Shown piece by piece: positions 1-10,086 of a stretch of 64,000 nt of DNA; position 1 is the stretch's first letter; each line of letters opens with the position of its first letter. The position numbers were made by a program, and so were the translations under genes. The notes under the pieces were generated by a model. It was given only the letters and a program-made list of their open reading frames with translations, was not told the origin of the DNA and made no database searches. Origin of the DNA: Chloroflexota bacterium (lineage in GTDB: Bacteria; Chloroflexota; Chloroflexia; QHBQ01); contig JAYUUN010000048.1 in NCBI GenBank assembly GCA_043754535.1, forward strand, positions 64,484-128,483, given 5' to 3'.

Positions 1-1274
1 ATGGCTACTGTATCAACTGCAAACGTTACGCCCAAACCAGCCCCACCCAGGGCGACAACAGCATGAGCGACTTCAGCGGCTACCAAGAATACGACGACTA
101 CTCGATGGGCAGCGGTGGCGGCAACGCCAGCAACGACGAGGAGTTCGACCCAATGACTCTCGTCGCTGCCGAGGCGAACGTACTGGAACGCCTCTACTAC
201 GACCTGCGGGCCACACTGCCCAGTGAAGACCTGCCTATCGCCGAGTACCTGATCGGTAGCCTGGACGACAAGGGCTTCCTCTCTGCCAGCGTGGTCGAAA
301 TATCGCGCGTGTTTGAGACTACCCCAGAGCGGGTAGAGGAAGTGCTACACCAGTTGCAGCGGCTTGGCCCGCCGGGGCTGGGCGCACGTGACGTGCGTGA
401 GTGCCTGATGCTCCAGATCGAGTACATCGCCGAACTGGGTGCAGATGCAGCAGAGAACGTAGTTGCAGTTCCCCGTCTCGCTCATCAGATCGTGGACAAG
501 TACCTGACTGAACTGGGTGAACACAAATACGGCTTCATCGCCCAAAAGCTGGCGGTGAGCAATGACGAGGTTGGCAAGGCCCGCGAGTTCATCAAAGAAC
601 ACCTCAGCCCCTATCCCGTGATGGACGGTGGCGAAATCCAGACCTGGGGCAGCCGCAGTCGCGCCCAGTATGTGCAGCCCGATGTGCGTATCCGCGAGGA
701 CGAAGGCGGTAGACTCAGCATGGAGGTGATCGAGTCGCAACGCTTCTACCTCAAGCTGAACCCAATTTACCAGCAGTTGACCAGCGACATGAAGGTGCAG
801 AAGGCCAGTTTCAGCGACGACGACAAGAAGCACATCCACCAGTATGTCAGCCGCGCCCGCCTGTTCATCAGCAACATCAACCAGCGGCGCGAGACGATGG
901 GCAAGATCGCCCGCTGCCTGCTCGATTGCCAGGAGGAGTTCATCCGCCATGGGGTGCGCGTCCTCCGCCCGCTAACCAGGGCGCAGGTGGCTGAGATGAC
1001 TGGGCTGCACGAGTCCACCGTCAGCCGCGCCACCGCCGGTAAGTTCGTGATGCTGCCCTCGCGCCAGGTAATCCCCTTCAGCGACTTCTTCACTGCCAGC
1101 CTCAGCGTGAAGGACGTGATCAAAGAGATCATCGTCAAGGAAGCCGCGCAGGGTAAGCCATTGACCGACCGCGAGATCGTCAGCCGCCTGAAGAAGGAGG
1201 GCATCCGTGTGGCCCGCCGCACTGTCGCCAAGTATCGCAGCCAACTGGGTATCCTGCCCAGCACTCTGCGCTAA
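1..1274 (+). CDS. rpoN: RNA polymerase sigma-54 factor; the frame is open to the left window edge, so the 5' end is probably outside the window
   Basis: Sigma-54 core-binding region (LIGSLDDKGFL...GARDVRECLMLQIE) and C-terminal RpoN box (ARRTVAKYRSQLGILPS). There is no stop in this frame between nt 3 and the ATG at 63. Confidence 0.85.
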   Translation, partial: GYCINCKRYAQTSPTQGDNSMSDFSGYQEYDDYSMGSGGGNASNDEEFDPMTLVAAEANVLERLYYDLRATLPSEDLPIAEYLIGSLDDKGFLSASVVEISRVFETTPERVEEVLHQLQRLGPPGLGARDVRECLMLQIEYIAELGADAAENVVAVPRLAHQIVDKYLTELGEHKYGFIAQKLAVSNDEVGKAREFIKEHLSPYPVMDGGEIQTWGSRSRAQYVQPDVRIREDEGGRLSMEVIESQRFYLKLNPIYQQLTSDMKVQKASFSDDDKKHIHQYVSRARLFISNINQRRETMGKIARCLLDCQEEFIRHGVRVLRPLTRAQVAEMTGLHESTVSRATAGKFVMLPSRQVIPFSDFFTASLSVKDVIKEIIVKEAAQGKPLTDREIVSRLKKEGIRVARRTVAKYRSQLGILPSTLR

Positions 1275-1864
1275 TGGTTGAGGAAAGCAAATTGGCAAGC
1301 ACCAACGTCCTTGCCTTCGTCGGCAGCCTGGGCAGCCGCTCTGCGAACCGATTGGCCTTGATCGCTGCGCAGCAGCTAGCCCCCAGCGGGATGCAGATCA
1401 GCCTGGCCGACCTCACACCCATCCCCTTCTACAATCCCGATGATGAGGCTGAGGAGCGGCTGCCAGCAGCAGTACGGGCCTTGAGAGCGCAGGTGGCTGC
1501 TGCCGACGGCCTGCTGTTCGCCACCGCTGAGTACAACCATACGGTGCCAGCGGTGCTGACCAACATGATGGATTGGCTGTCGCGCAGCAGCCCCCCACCC
1601 TTTGCAGGCAAGCCCGCCGCCATGTTCGGCGCAGCAAGCGGACAGACTGGCACAGCACGGGCGCAGATGCACCTGCTGGTGATCGCCCGCAGCCTCGGTT
1701 TGCTGGTTATGCCGCAGCCAGAACTTTACATCCGCGAGGCGCAAAGCAAGTTTGATGCAGCGGGGCGGCTGAGCGACGCACAGACCGAGGCGGAGTTGCG
1801 CTCCTTCCTGACCGCCTTCGACCACTGGCTGCGCCGCTTGCTTTTGGGGGCGCACAGGGCGTAA
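1274..1864 (+). CDS. NADPH-dependent FMN reductase family oxidoreductase
   Basis: FVGSLGSRSANR...LLFATAEYNHTVPAVLTNMMDWLSR...GKPAAMFGAASGQTGTARAQ matches the FMN_red family pattern. The start overlaps the rpoN stop (TAATG). Confidence 0.75.
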   Translation: MVEESKLASTNVLAFVGSLGSRSANRLALIAAQQLAPSGMQISLADLTPIPFYNPDDEAEERLPAAVRALRAQVAAADGLLFATAEYNHTVPAVLTNMMDWLSRSSPPPFAGKPAAMFGAASGQTGTARAQMHLLVIARSLGLLVMPQPELYIREAQSKFDAAGRLSDAQTEAELRSFLTAFDHWLRRLLLGAHRA

Positions 1865-1909
1865 AATAGGGGCATCCTCTCAACGATGAGCCAGCGACAA
1901 GGAGCAACG

Positions 1910-3616
1910 ATGACCAGCACGATCAACCCCCCTGCTAGCAGTCCCGCCGACCCGAACGCTCCGCGCACGATCCGCGCCCACAGGGGGACGCAACTGCACA
2001 CCAAAGGCTGGCTGCAAGAGGCTGCCCTGCGGATGTTGATGAACAACCTCGACCCAGAGGTGGCCGAGCGGCCAGAGGAGTTGATCGTTTACGGTGGCAG
2101 CGGCAAAGCCGCCCGCAACTGGCCCGCACTCAACAAGATCATGGCGATGTTGAGCGAACTGGAAGCCGACGAAACGCTGCTGGTGCAGAGTGGCAAGCCA
2201 GTTGGCGTGTTCCACAGCCACCCCGATGCTCCCCGCGTGCTGATCGCCAACTCCAATATAGTGCCAGCCTGGGCCAACCGCGAGACCTTCAGCAAGCTGG
2301 AGGCCGAGGGGCTGACCATGTACGGGCAGATGACCGCTGGCTCCTGGATTTACATTGGCACCCAGGGTATCTTGCAAGGCACCTACGAGACCTTCGCGCA
2401 GGCGGCCAGGAAGCACTACGGTGGCGATCTTGCGGGCAGGCTGGTACTGACTGCGGGCCTGGGTGGCATGGGTGGGGCGCAACCGCTGGCGGTGACGATG
2501 AACGGCGGGGTGGCGATCTGCGTGGAGGCCGATCCCACTCGCATCCAGCGACGGTTGGACACCCGCTATGTGGACGTAAGCACAGACTCTCTAGACGCGG
2601 CGATGGGGCTGGCGAAGGATGCGATGCGCGAGGGTAGGCCGCTTAGCATAGCCTTGCTCGGCAACGCCGCCGAAGTCTACCCAGAGTTTGTGCGGCGCGG
2701 GATCGTCCCTGACATGGTGACAGACCAGACCTCGGCCCACGACCCAGTGCGCGGCTACATCCCCGCGGGCCTGGACGTGGCGGCGGCCAACGAACTGCGG
2801 GGCCGTGATGTGGATGAGTATGTGCGCGAGAGTATGCACAGCATGGCAGTCCACGTGCAGGCGATGCTCGACTTGCAGAAGGCAGGCAGCATCGTCTTCG
2901 ACTATGGCAACAACATCCGCCAGCAAGCCTTCAAGGAGGGGGTGGCGGACGCGTTCAAGTTCCCTGGTTTCGTGCCAGCATACATCCGCCCGCTGTTCTG
3001 CGAGGGCAAGGGGCCGTTCCGCTGGGCTGCCCTCTCTGGCAACCCGACTGACATTGCCAAGATTGATGACATGGTGCTGCGCGAGTTCGCCGACAACGAG
3101 AGCATTGTGCGCTGGATCACATTGGCCCGCCAGAAGGTGGCCTTTCAGGGACTACCCGCCCGCATCTGCTGGATGGGCTATGGCGAACGCGCTCACTTTG
3201 GCGAGATCGTCAACCGCATGGTGCAGAAGGGCGAACTGGAAGCTCCCATCGTAATTGGCCGCGACCACCTTGACTGCGGCAGTGTTGCCAGCCCCAACCG
3301 CGAGACCGAAGCGATGAAAGATGGCAGCGACGCAATCTCTGACTGGCCCTTGCTCAACGCGATGATCAACGCGGTCAACGGCGCGACTTGGGTGAGCATC
3401 CACCATGGTGGCGGGGTGGGTATTGGTTACAGCCAGCACGCGGGTATGGTGATCGTAGCAGATGGCACGGATGCTGCTTACCCCCGGCTAGAGCGGGTGC
3501 TAACCAGCGACCCCGGTATGGGCATCATCCGCCACGCCGATGCAGGCTACGACGAGGCTATCGAAGCTGCCACACAGTTTGGGGTGCGCATACCAATGCG
3601 CGAGTTAGCGGCTTGA
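1910..3616 (+). CDS. hutU: urocanate hydratase
   Basis: Full-length urocanase-like sequence ([21 protein letters not shown]..., [28 protein letters not shown]). I preferred the ATG at 1910 (AAGGAG 5 nt upstream) over the track start at 1886. Confidence 0.95.
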   Translation: MTSTINPPASSPADPNAPRTIRAHRGTQLHTKGWLQEAALRMLMNNLDPEVAERPEELIVYGGSGKAARNWPALNKIMAMLSELEADETLLVQSGKPVGVFHSHPDAPRVLIANSNIVPAWANRETFSKLEAEGLTMYGQMTAGSWIYIGTQGILQGTYETFAQAARKHYGGDLAGRLVLTAGLGGMGGAQPLAVTMNGGVAICVEADPTRIQRRLDTRYVDVSTDSLDAAMGLAKDAMREGRPLSIALLGNAAEVYPEFVRRGIVPDMVTDQTSAHDPVRGYIPAGLDVAAANELRGRDVDEYVRESMHSMAVHVQAMLDLQKAGSIVFDYGNNIRQQAFKEGVADAFKFPGFVPAYIRPLFCEGKGPFRWAALSGNPTDIAKIDDMVLREFADNESIVRWITLARQKVAFQGLPARICWMGYGERAHFGEIVNRMVQKGELEAPIVIGRDHLDCGSVASPNRETEAMKDGSDAISDWPLLNAMINAVNGATWVSIHHGGGVGIGYSQHAGMVIVADGTDAAYPRLERVLTSDPGMGIIRHADAGYDEAIEAATQFGVRIPMRELAA

Positions 3617-3621
3617 GGGAC

Positions 3622-3644
3622 GGGCGCAGGAACTAGCTGCGCCC
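3622..3644 (+). terminator. GC-rich hairpin downstream of hutU (GGGCGCAG-N7-CTGCGCCC), with no T-tract
   Basis: An 8-bp perfect inverted repeat lies immediately after the hutU stop. Confidence 0.3.
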
Positions 3645-3710
3645 GCCGCTACAGTGGTATAGGGGTTAAGAGGCACAAACTTCTCTACAATGAGGTCAAA
3701 GCGAGGATAC

Positions 3711-4268
3711 ATGGACAAACTGATTGGCGCACAGCAGTTGGCGGCTTACACTGAGATGCTTGAGCACGAGCGGACGCACAAAGATGACTACTTTCGGCGT
3801 GGTGCCGACTCGCCAATCCGACAGAAGGGGCGGGCTAGCTTTACGGGACTACGCTACTTCCCGGCTGACCCCAACCTGCGCTTCACCCTACCCCTCACCC
3901 CGTTCGCAGAGCAGGCAGAGGTGATCCTCACCGCCACCCAGGGCGATGAGCGGCCCTTCCTGCGCTACGGCACTGTCAACTTCACGGTTGAGGGGCAGGA
4001 GTGCCAGCTAACCGTCTATCAGGATACCCTGGCTCACAGCTTCTTCCTACCCTTCCGCGATGCAACCAGCGGGCAGGAGAGTTACGGCGGCGGTCGTTAC
4101 CTGGACGTAGAGCAGAACGAGGATGACAGCCTGACCCTCGACTTCAACCTGGCATATAACCCCTGGTGCAACTACAACGATCTCTATAGCTGCGTGCTGC
4201 CCCCAGCCGAGAACTACTTGGCCGCCCCGATCCGCGCTGGCGAGATGACCTATGGGGACGCACATTGA
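3711..4268 (+). CDS. DUF1684 domain protein
   Basis: FTGLRYFPADPNLRF and AYNPWCNYNDLYSCVLPPAENYL motifs are typical of DUF1684. The ATG at 3711 has GAGG 4 nt upstream. Confidence 0.8.
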   Translation: MDKLIGAQQLAAYTEMLEHERTHKDDYFRRGADSPIRQKGRASFTGLRYFPADPNLRFTLPLTPFAEQAEVILTATQGDERPFLRYGTVNFTVEGQECQLTVYQDTLAHSFFLPFRDATSGQESYGGGRYLDVEQNEDDSLTLDFNLAYNPWCNYNDLYSCVLPPAENYLAAPIRAGEMTYGDAH

Positions 4269-4417
4269 GGCAGCGGCACTGCTTAGATACACCTGAAGGC
4301 GGATGCAACTGCACTCCTAACCTGCTAAGATTGCTACATCTTATTGGCGGGGCGCACTTCCGCGCCCCTCGCAGGGAAGGACTACTGCTTACGAGCAAGC
4401 AAAAGAAGCGTCAGCCA

Positions 4418-5521
4418 ATGCCTGACGCAGCTATAGTAGCAGACGAGGAGCCGATTGAGGAGGCCGCCCCAGCGGATATACCCCTGGTCGAAGGGATCGT
4501 CGTGGACGGCAGTCGCGGGCAGTATCGCGTGCAAACCGAGGGTGGCATCCTCCTCTGTAGCCTGCGCGGTCGCCTCCGCAAAGAGTTGATTTACCCGGTT
4601 AACCAGTATATGCGCCAGAAGGTTTGGATAGAGAAGCACAAGGCTCGCGACCCCCTATCGGTCGGCAATCGGGTCAAGGTGCTACCTACCGGCGGCAACA
4701 GCGGCGTAATTGAAGAAGTGACTAAGGAGCAGAATGGCAGCTTCACGCGGGGCGACAGTGACAAGGGGAACATCACCTCGGTCGCGGGCCTCGATCAGGC
4801 CGTGCTAGTCTTCTCCGCCCGCAACCCCGAACCGCACCTGCGGATGCTCGACCGCTTCCTGGTCATCGCTGAAGCGCAAGCTCTACCAGCGATCATCTGC
4901 CTCAACAAGGTAGACCTCGGCCTCAGCGCAGAGTTGGAAGATCGCCTCGAAGTCTACCGCAACCTCGGCTACCGCGTGCTACTGACTAGTGCCGATGAGG
5001 GCTGGGGCATTGGTGACCTACGCACGGCACTGGGCGGTCATACCAGCGCGTTGCTGGGGCCATCAGGGGTAGGCAAGTCCAGCCTGCTCAACACAGTGCA
5101 GGACGGCCTGGCCGAGCGAGTCAGCGCAGTCAGTGACGCAACCAATAAGGGCCGCCACACGACGACTGGCAGCCGCCTGATCGCCCTCGAAGGGCCGGGA
5201 GGTGGCTACATCGCCGATACCGCTGGTATCCGCGCGCTCTCTCTCGGCGGGGCAGCAGCGGGCAGGCTCGCCTGGTGCTTCCGCGAGTTCCGCCCCTATC
5301 TCGGCCAGTGCAGGCTGGGTGACTGCCAGCACATCGGCGAGCCTGAGTGCGCGCTCCGGGCAGCAGTGCAGCGGGGCGCACTAGACCGCGAACGCTACGA
5401 GAGCTACCGCAGCCTCTATAAGGAGGGTGCGAACGAGCAGGGCATCCGCTGGCAGGATACGGTCAGCAGTACTAACGTCAACGCCGAACACCGCAGGGCT
5501 GTTCGCAGCGGTAGCGGCTAG
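4418..5521 (+). CDS. rsgA: ribosome small-subunit-dependent GTPase A
   Basis: LNKVDL (G4), GPSGVGKSSLLN (G1) and the C-terminal zinc motif CRLGDCQHIGEPECA. I chose the ATG at 4418 instead of the TTG at 4265. Confidence 0.9.
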   Translation: MPDAAIVADEEPIEEAAPADIPLVEGIVVDGSRGQYRVQTEGGILLCSLRGRLRKELIYPVNQYMRQKVWIEKHKARDPLSVGNRVKVLPTGGNSGVIEEVTKEQNGSFTRGDSDKGNITSVAGLDQAVLVFSARNPEPHLRMLDRFLVIAEAQALPAIICLNKVDLGLSAELEDRLEVYRNLGYRVLLTSADEGWGIGDLRTALGGHTSALLGPSGVGKSSLLNTVQDGLAERVSAVSDATNKGRHTTTGSRLIALEGPGGGYIADTAGIRALSLGGAAAGRLAWCFREFRPYLGQCRLGDCQHIGEPECALRAAVQRGALDRERYESYRSLYKEGANEQGIRWQDTVSSTNVNAEHRRAVRSGSG

Positions 5522-6651
5522 AGAACGATGTTGATCACCGCCGCCCAAAAGACGATCTGTACCGCTGCGGCCCCGGCGTAGAGGAAGCGGGCCACCATGC
5601 GCTCACGCCGCGCCAGCCAGAGGCCCACCGCTATGTCGGTGACGAGGGCGACCAAGCCGTAGAGCGGCAAGCGGAACAGGTCAAGGCGGCGACCGATCAC
5701 ATCGGGTTGGCCGTCGGTGTTCCAGTGCAACTCTACGTTTGGTGGCAGGTCGAAGAAGCTCGCACAGAGGTAGGCGAACAGCGCGATGTTGATCGCCAAT
5801 GCTAGCAGGATCACCGCCTGGGCTACCCTGTCGTCCCAGAAGGGGTTGCCGCGCAGCCCGCTGTGGTAGACAGCCTGCGCCACCTCCTCGGTTGGGCCTA
5901 GCGACTGGCGTATCCTCACCTCCTCAGCGAATTGGGCGGGGTTGCTCGGCGATATAGCATATACTTGACTCGGCGTACAGACGTAGAGCCAATCGGCCAG
6001 CGGCCTGCTGGCGTAGACCAGCACTGGCTGCGGGTTGGCTAGTGCGGGCGGCGGGTTGGTGGATGGTACTGCCACCTGCGCTGCCGTCGCCTGCGTCGCG
6101 CCACCCTCAAGGGCGAGGGTGACATTGGCAGGCGAGGCGGCAAGGGCAAGGGTGCTGAGGTCAACTTCGCCGCTGGCAGTCACGGGTGTGGGGTAGAGTG
6201 GTAGGGGCAAGCCGTGCAGGGTGGCAGTGCCGGCGTAGTAGCCGGGCCAGTGCACACCCCGCCAGCCGGTCCGGCGCACCGCCTGACCTTCAAGTTCGTT
6301 GCTGGTGAGGATTGCAGCGGCCTGGATCGGGATCACCTGGCGCACCTCTCCCCATTGGACAGTGATTGCGTTGCGATCTGCGGCATAGCGCAGGCCACGC
6401 AAGGCAGCCAGCCAGTAGCCCAGTAGCCCTGCAACCAGCAGCAACAGTCCTGTAAGCAAACCGAGGGCAAATAGCAGTAGGGAGACCTGCCCTGCTGCTG
6501 CACGCTGGGCAAAGGTCACGCCCACACCGACCGCCAGCAGCAGCATTGTGGCGAGCAGCAGTAGCCCGACCACACCCCCGGCTGAGGGAGCGGCTGGCTG
6601 GCTGGCACTGGCAGCACTCGGGGGCTGCCCACGGTTAGGGAGACGCGCCAC
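5518..6651 (-). CDS. membrane protein, with a possible bacterial PH-like segment and a DUF1648-like C-terminal TM region
   Basis: Multiple hydrophobic helices. The LRYAADRNAITVQWGEVRQVIPI and HWNTDGQPDVIGRR motifs support the domain guesses. No enzymatic motifs were recognised. Confidence 0.5.
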   Translation of the reverse strand: MARLPNRGQPPSAASASQPAAPSAGGVVGLLLLATMLLLAVGVGVTFAQRAAAGQVSLLLFALGLLTGLLLLVAGLLGYWLAALRGLRYAADRNAITVQWGEVRQVIPIQAAAILTSNELEGQAVRRTGWRGVHWPGYYAGTATLHGLPLPLYPTPVTASGEVDLSTLALAASPANVTLALEGGATQATAAQVAVPSTNPPPALANPQPVLVYASRPLADWLYVCTPSQVYAISPSNPAQFAEEVRIRQSLGPTEEVAQAVYHSGLRGNPFWDDRVAQAVILLALAINIALFAYLCASFFDLPPNVELHWNTDGQPDVIGRRLDLFRLPLYGLVALVTDIAVGLWLARRERMVARFLYAGAAAVQIVFWAAVINIVL

Positions 6652-6662
6652 AGCGTTGGCTT

Positions 6663-7646
6663 CTAGTACGTGGGGGTCAGCCAGTGTTTATACTGGGCGA
6701 CCTTGCCACGCACTACATCAAAGTAGAGCAGTTGCAGCTTGCGACTGATCGGGCCGATCTTGCCGTCGCCAATCTGACGATGGTCAACTTCGCCGACCGG
6801 GGCGATCTGCGCGCCCGTGCCAGTGAGGAAGATTTCGCTCGCCGAATACATCTCGGTGCGATCAATCGAACGTTCTACCACATCAAGGCCCAGCACGCGC
6901 TCTGCCAGTTCGATCACTGTCACCCGCGTTACCCCCTCCAACAGGTTGTCCGTCACTGGTGGGGTGATCAGCTTGCCATCACGCACCATGAAGAAGTTCT
7001 CCGCGCTACCCTCGGAGACGTGGCCTTCATGGGTCAGCATGATCGCCTCATCAAAGCCGTTCTGCATCGCTTCGGTCTTGGCAAAGGCCGAGTTGATGTA
7101 GGCTCCAGTGATCTTGGCGCGGGCTGGCACGGCATTGTCATCCACCCGCCGCCAGGATGAGACCCCAACATGAAGGGCGCGGTCAATGTCAATATAATTG
7201 CCGAAAGCCTGGATGATGATCGAGGTATCATGCTGCAAGTTGTGCAACCGCACGCCGATCACCTCAGAGGACTTGTAGGTGCAGGGGCGGACATAGCAAT
7301 CCTGACGAATGTTGCTGCGACGGGCTAGTTCGATATTGAGGGCGATCAACTCCTCCACCCCCAGGGTCATCGGCATCAGCAGGATTTTGCTCGACTGGTG
7401 CAGCCGCTCGTAGTGTTCCTGGAGGCGGAAGAAATAGAGTTGCTGGTCGCTCTCTGACCAGTAACCTCTGATCCCCTCGAACACGCCAGTGCCGTAGGCG
7501 AAGCCATGGGTCATGATGCTGATTTTGGCTTCGGCCAGCGGGACGAACTGGCCCTGGAAGTAGCTATAAACCGGCTGGTTGCTGGGCGCATCGGGTGCCT
7601 GGTCGGCACTGGGGATGCTTACTGGCAACTTCTCGGCAGTAGTCAT
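6663..7646 (-). CDS. ilvE: branched-chain amino acid aminotransferase
   Basis: Fold-type IV aminotransferase pattern (FEGIRGY, AKITGAYINS, LEGVTR, EIFLTGTGAQIAPV). AAAGGAG lies 8 nt upstream of the ATG. Confidence 0.9.
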   Translation of the reverse strand: MTTAEKLPVSIPSADQAPDAPSNQPVYSYFQGQFVPLAEAKISIMTHGFAYGTGVFEGIRGYWSESDQQLYFFRLQEHYERLHQSSKILLMPMTLGVEELIALNIELARRSNIRQDCYVRPCTYKSSEVIGVRLHNLQHDTSIIIQAFGNYIDIDRALHVGVSSWRRVDDNAVPARAKITGAYINSAFAKTEAMQNGFDEAIMLTHEGHVSEGSAENFFMVRDGKLITPPVTDNLLEGVTRVTVIELAERVLGLDVVERSIDRTEMYSASEIFLTGTGAQIAPVGEVDHRQIGDGKIGPISRKLQLLYFDVVRGKVAQYKHWLTPTY

Positions 7647-7753
7647 GCTCTGTTCTCCTTTTGTGCTGCCCGGTTATCCTCATCGTCGAAGATAGGTTGG
7701 CCCTGGGCAAGCGAGCCAGTGGGCGGCGCAACGGTGGGCCACCTCAAGCATCC

Positions 7754-7782
7754 ATTATACGCCGCTGGTTGCCACTTTTCAA
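7754..7782 (-). promoter_or_regulatory. sigma-70-type promoter candidate for ilvE (TTGAAA-N17-TATAAT), implying a leader of about 100 nt
   Basis: On the minus strand the -35 is at 7782-7777 and the -10 at 7759-7754. Confidence 0.4.
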
Positions 7783-7803
7783 GCCGCTAGCTTCGCAAGG
7801 GCG

Positions 7804-7845
7804 CAACAAACGCGCTCCCCCGTTAGATCAAACACAGGGGAGCGC
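7804..7845 (-). terminator. rho-independent terminator candidate after the PPIase gene
   Basis: Minus-strand GCGCTCCCC-N16-GGGGAGCGC followed by GTTTGTTG. Confidence 0.5.
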
Positions 7846-7866
7846 AGATTCGTTACTTAGCCGTTG

Positions 7867-9336
7867 CTACTTTTTGGGCGTGGCGGCGGCAGTCTGATTG
7901 GTGTTGCTCGTGCTGACGGTGTTGGTGATCACTGGTGCATCGGTGGGGGCAACAGTGGGGGCGGGTGGCAGGGTGGGAAGCGGCTCACTGGTGGCGGTCG
8001 GCTGCACGCTGCGGCTGATGTTCGCACTCTTTTTGAGGTTCGCTAGCCAGTTGTCGTAGACCTTACCCTTGAGGCTGCTAAGCTGGCTGCCGTCGAGCGG
8101 CCTGTTCTCCTGCACCGCAGTGACTCGCACCACGTGCCAACCTGCGCTGTCCTTAAAGGGGCCGATCAGGTCGCCAGCCTTGCGGCCTGGGGTGAACACT
8201 GCTGCGTCAAACTCGGTGGTCTGCACGCCAGCCGGGGTGTAACCCATGTCACCGCCCTTTGTCTTGGTCGATTCGTCAGTAGAGCGTTTCTGGGCGACGG
8301 TGGCGAAGTCAGTGCCAGTCTGCACCTCGGCGAGGGCGGCCTTTGCCTCATTCTCGTCGGCAGCAAGGACTTGGGCCAGTTGCAGTTGCAGGGTGCTGGT
8401 TGGTACCTTCTCCTCCAGCTTCTTGGTCACTTGCTGGCGCAAGTAGTCCGGCTCGGCTACGATCTTGTAGTAGTCGCTTTCGCTCAAGTTGGGGCAACTA
8501 TAGCGGCAGTACGAGCTACCGCTGCTGACTGGATCGCTGCCCTGGATGTCCTTGAGGAACTTGCTGTAGCTGGCCTCAGCGGTTGCGCTGGCCCCAACCA
8601 CGGGGATGTAGGTGGCGGTGGGCGTAGGGGTCTGGGTGGGAGGGCCACCAGGGGTGATCGTCGGTTGCAGAGTGGGGGTCTGGGTGGGCGACAGCGGCAC
8701 GGTCGAGGTTAGAGCGGTGGGGGTTAGAGCGGTAGTGTTGCTGACGGTAGTACTGTTGGTGGCGGTGATCGTGGGCGAAGGGGTGGGCGGCTGGGCGGCT
8801 GGCTCGTACTGCTTGAGCGTGCTACTTAGCACCTCGGCACGGTTGAGGCTGATCTGGAAGTCGCCCATGTGCTGGCGCAACAGTTCGGCCTCCACTAGCT
8901 TCTCCAACGAGTCCGAGTCGAGAGGGTCGGTGCTAACCTTCTTCATCCCACTGATCAACTGCTGCACGCTGGGGTTATCGAGCGGATTAGTGGCAGCAGC
9001 CTGGCCCTGGTTTTGCAGGCCGCTGAAGTAGACGAGGCGTTCAACCTGGTTGTAGATGTCCCAGCGACGTTGCTTGTCGTAACTGGCCCGGCTGATCGTG
9101 GTGCCGTTCACGCTAGCGACCCCCTGGTTGGGCAGGATCAGCAGGTTGACAACGATGGGGATCAGCAGGATAGCGACGCAGAGCGCAGCGACGACGAAGA
9201 TGGCCTGCCTGATCTGGCGGATGCGCCGTTGCTCATCTACGTAGCGGATATACTGGCGGCGGGTGAACTGGGCGGGGTTAGCTGCGCTCGGCTTGGCCCG
9301 TTCCGGCGGCGTGGGCGGTCTCTTATTGGTAGACAC
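7867..9336 (-). CDS. membrane-anchored parvulin-type peptidyl-prolyl isomerase (SurA/PrsA-like) with Thr/Pro-rich linkers
   Basis: N-terminal TM helix, then a C-terminal rotamase region (FATVAQKRSTDESTKTKGGDMGYTP...GDLIGPFKDSAGWHVVRV). GTG start with GAGGAG 11 nt upstream. Confidence 0.8.
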   Translation of the reverse strand: MSTNKRPPTPPERAKPSAANPAQFTRRQYIRYVDEQRRIRQIRQAIFVVAALCVAILLIPIVVNLLILPNQGVASVNGTTISRASYDKQRRWDIYNQVERLVYFSGLQNQGQAAATNPLDNPSVQQLISGMKKVSTDPLDSDSLEKLVEAELLRQHMGDFQISLNRAEVLSSTLKQYEPAAQPPTPSPTITATNSTTVSNTTALTPTALTSTVPLSPTQTPTLQPTITPGGPPTQTPTPTATYIPVVGASATAEASYSKFLKDIQGSDPVSSGSSYCRYSCPNLSESDYYKIVAEPDYLRQQVTKKLEEKVPTSTLQLQLAQVLAADENEAKAALAEVQTGTDFATVAQKRSTDESTKTKGGDMGYTPAGVQTTEFDAAVFTPGRKAGDLIGPFKDSAGWHVVRVTAVQENRPLDGSQLSSLKGKVYDNWLANLKKSANISRSVQPTATSEPLPTLPPAPTVAPTDAPVITNTVSTSNTNQTAAATPKK

Positions 9337-9433
9337 TAAGCCTGGACTCCTCTAGCTAAGGTAATATGCAGCAAGCAGCGCGAGAGTAACGGGTGCGCTG
9401 CTTGCCAGGATGATGTGCGAGGTGGCCTGCTAA

Positions 9434-10024
9434 CTAGCGGCTGTGGGGGCCAACGAAGGGCAGCAGGGCCATGTGGCGGGCGCGCTTGAGGGCAACAGCA
9501 AGGGCGCGCTGGTTTTTCGCCAGGGTGCCAGTTTTGCGGCGCGGCTCGATTTTGGCGCGCTCCGAGAGGTAGCGGCGCAGGCGGCTGATGTCCTTGTAGT
9601 CAATGTACTTGACGTGATCGGCAGCAAACTGGTCTACCTTACGCTTGGGCATATAGCCGCGCCCACCAGGGCGACGCGGACGGCCACCTTCGCCGCCACT
9701 ACTACGCGGGCCTCCGTAGCGTGGGCCACTGCCACCACCGCTACCGCCTTCGCGGTTGCCACCGTAGCCGCCGCCACCGCCGCCGCCACCACCCTGGTAG
9801 CCGCCACTGCCGCCACCACCCTGGTAGCCACCGCCGCCACCTTCGCGGGGCGCACTGTTGTAGCCACCTTCGCGGGGCGCACTGTTGTAGCCACCTTCAC
9901 GCGGGCCGCTGTAAGGGCGCGGGGCGTAGCCACCCGTGCGTGGTGCGCCGCCGTCACCCTGCGGCTGGGGAGCCGCCTCGGTAGGGGCTGGCTGGGCTTG
10001 TTCGTTCCTCGTTTCGTCGGACAA
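9434..10024 (-). CDS. rpsR: 30S ribosomal protein S18 with a roughly 124-aa Gly/Arg-rich N-terminal extension
   Basis: The C-terminal 72 aa are canonical S18 ([27 protein letters not shown]...[19 protein letters not shown]). The TTG start at 10024 has GAGGAG 8 nt upstream. An alternative internal ATG lies at 9652. Confidence 0.85.
   Translation of the reverse strand: MSDETRNEQAQPAPTEAAPQPQGDGGAPRTGGYAPRPYSGPREGGYNSAPREGGYNSAPREGGGGGYQGGGGSGGYQGGGGGGGGGYGGNREGGSGGGSGPRYGGPRSSGGEGGRPRRPGGRGYMPKRKVDQFAADHVKYIDYKDISRLRRYLSERAKIEPRRKTGTLAKNQRALAVALKRARHMALLPFVGPHSR
9837..9890 (-). repeat. perfect 27-bp tandem duplication encoding REGGYNSAP twice, followed by a degenerate third unit
   Basis: ccaccttcgcggggcgcactgttgtag occurs twice back to back on the + strand. 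Confidence 0.9.
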
Positions 10025-10086
10025 AGCAACTTCTCCTCTAAGTGGGGGCGGACGATACCAGCCCCTACGTGGTTATGAGCGTGTGT

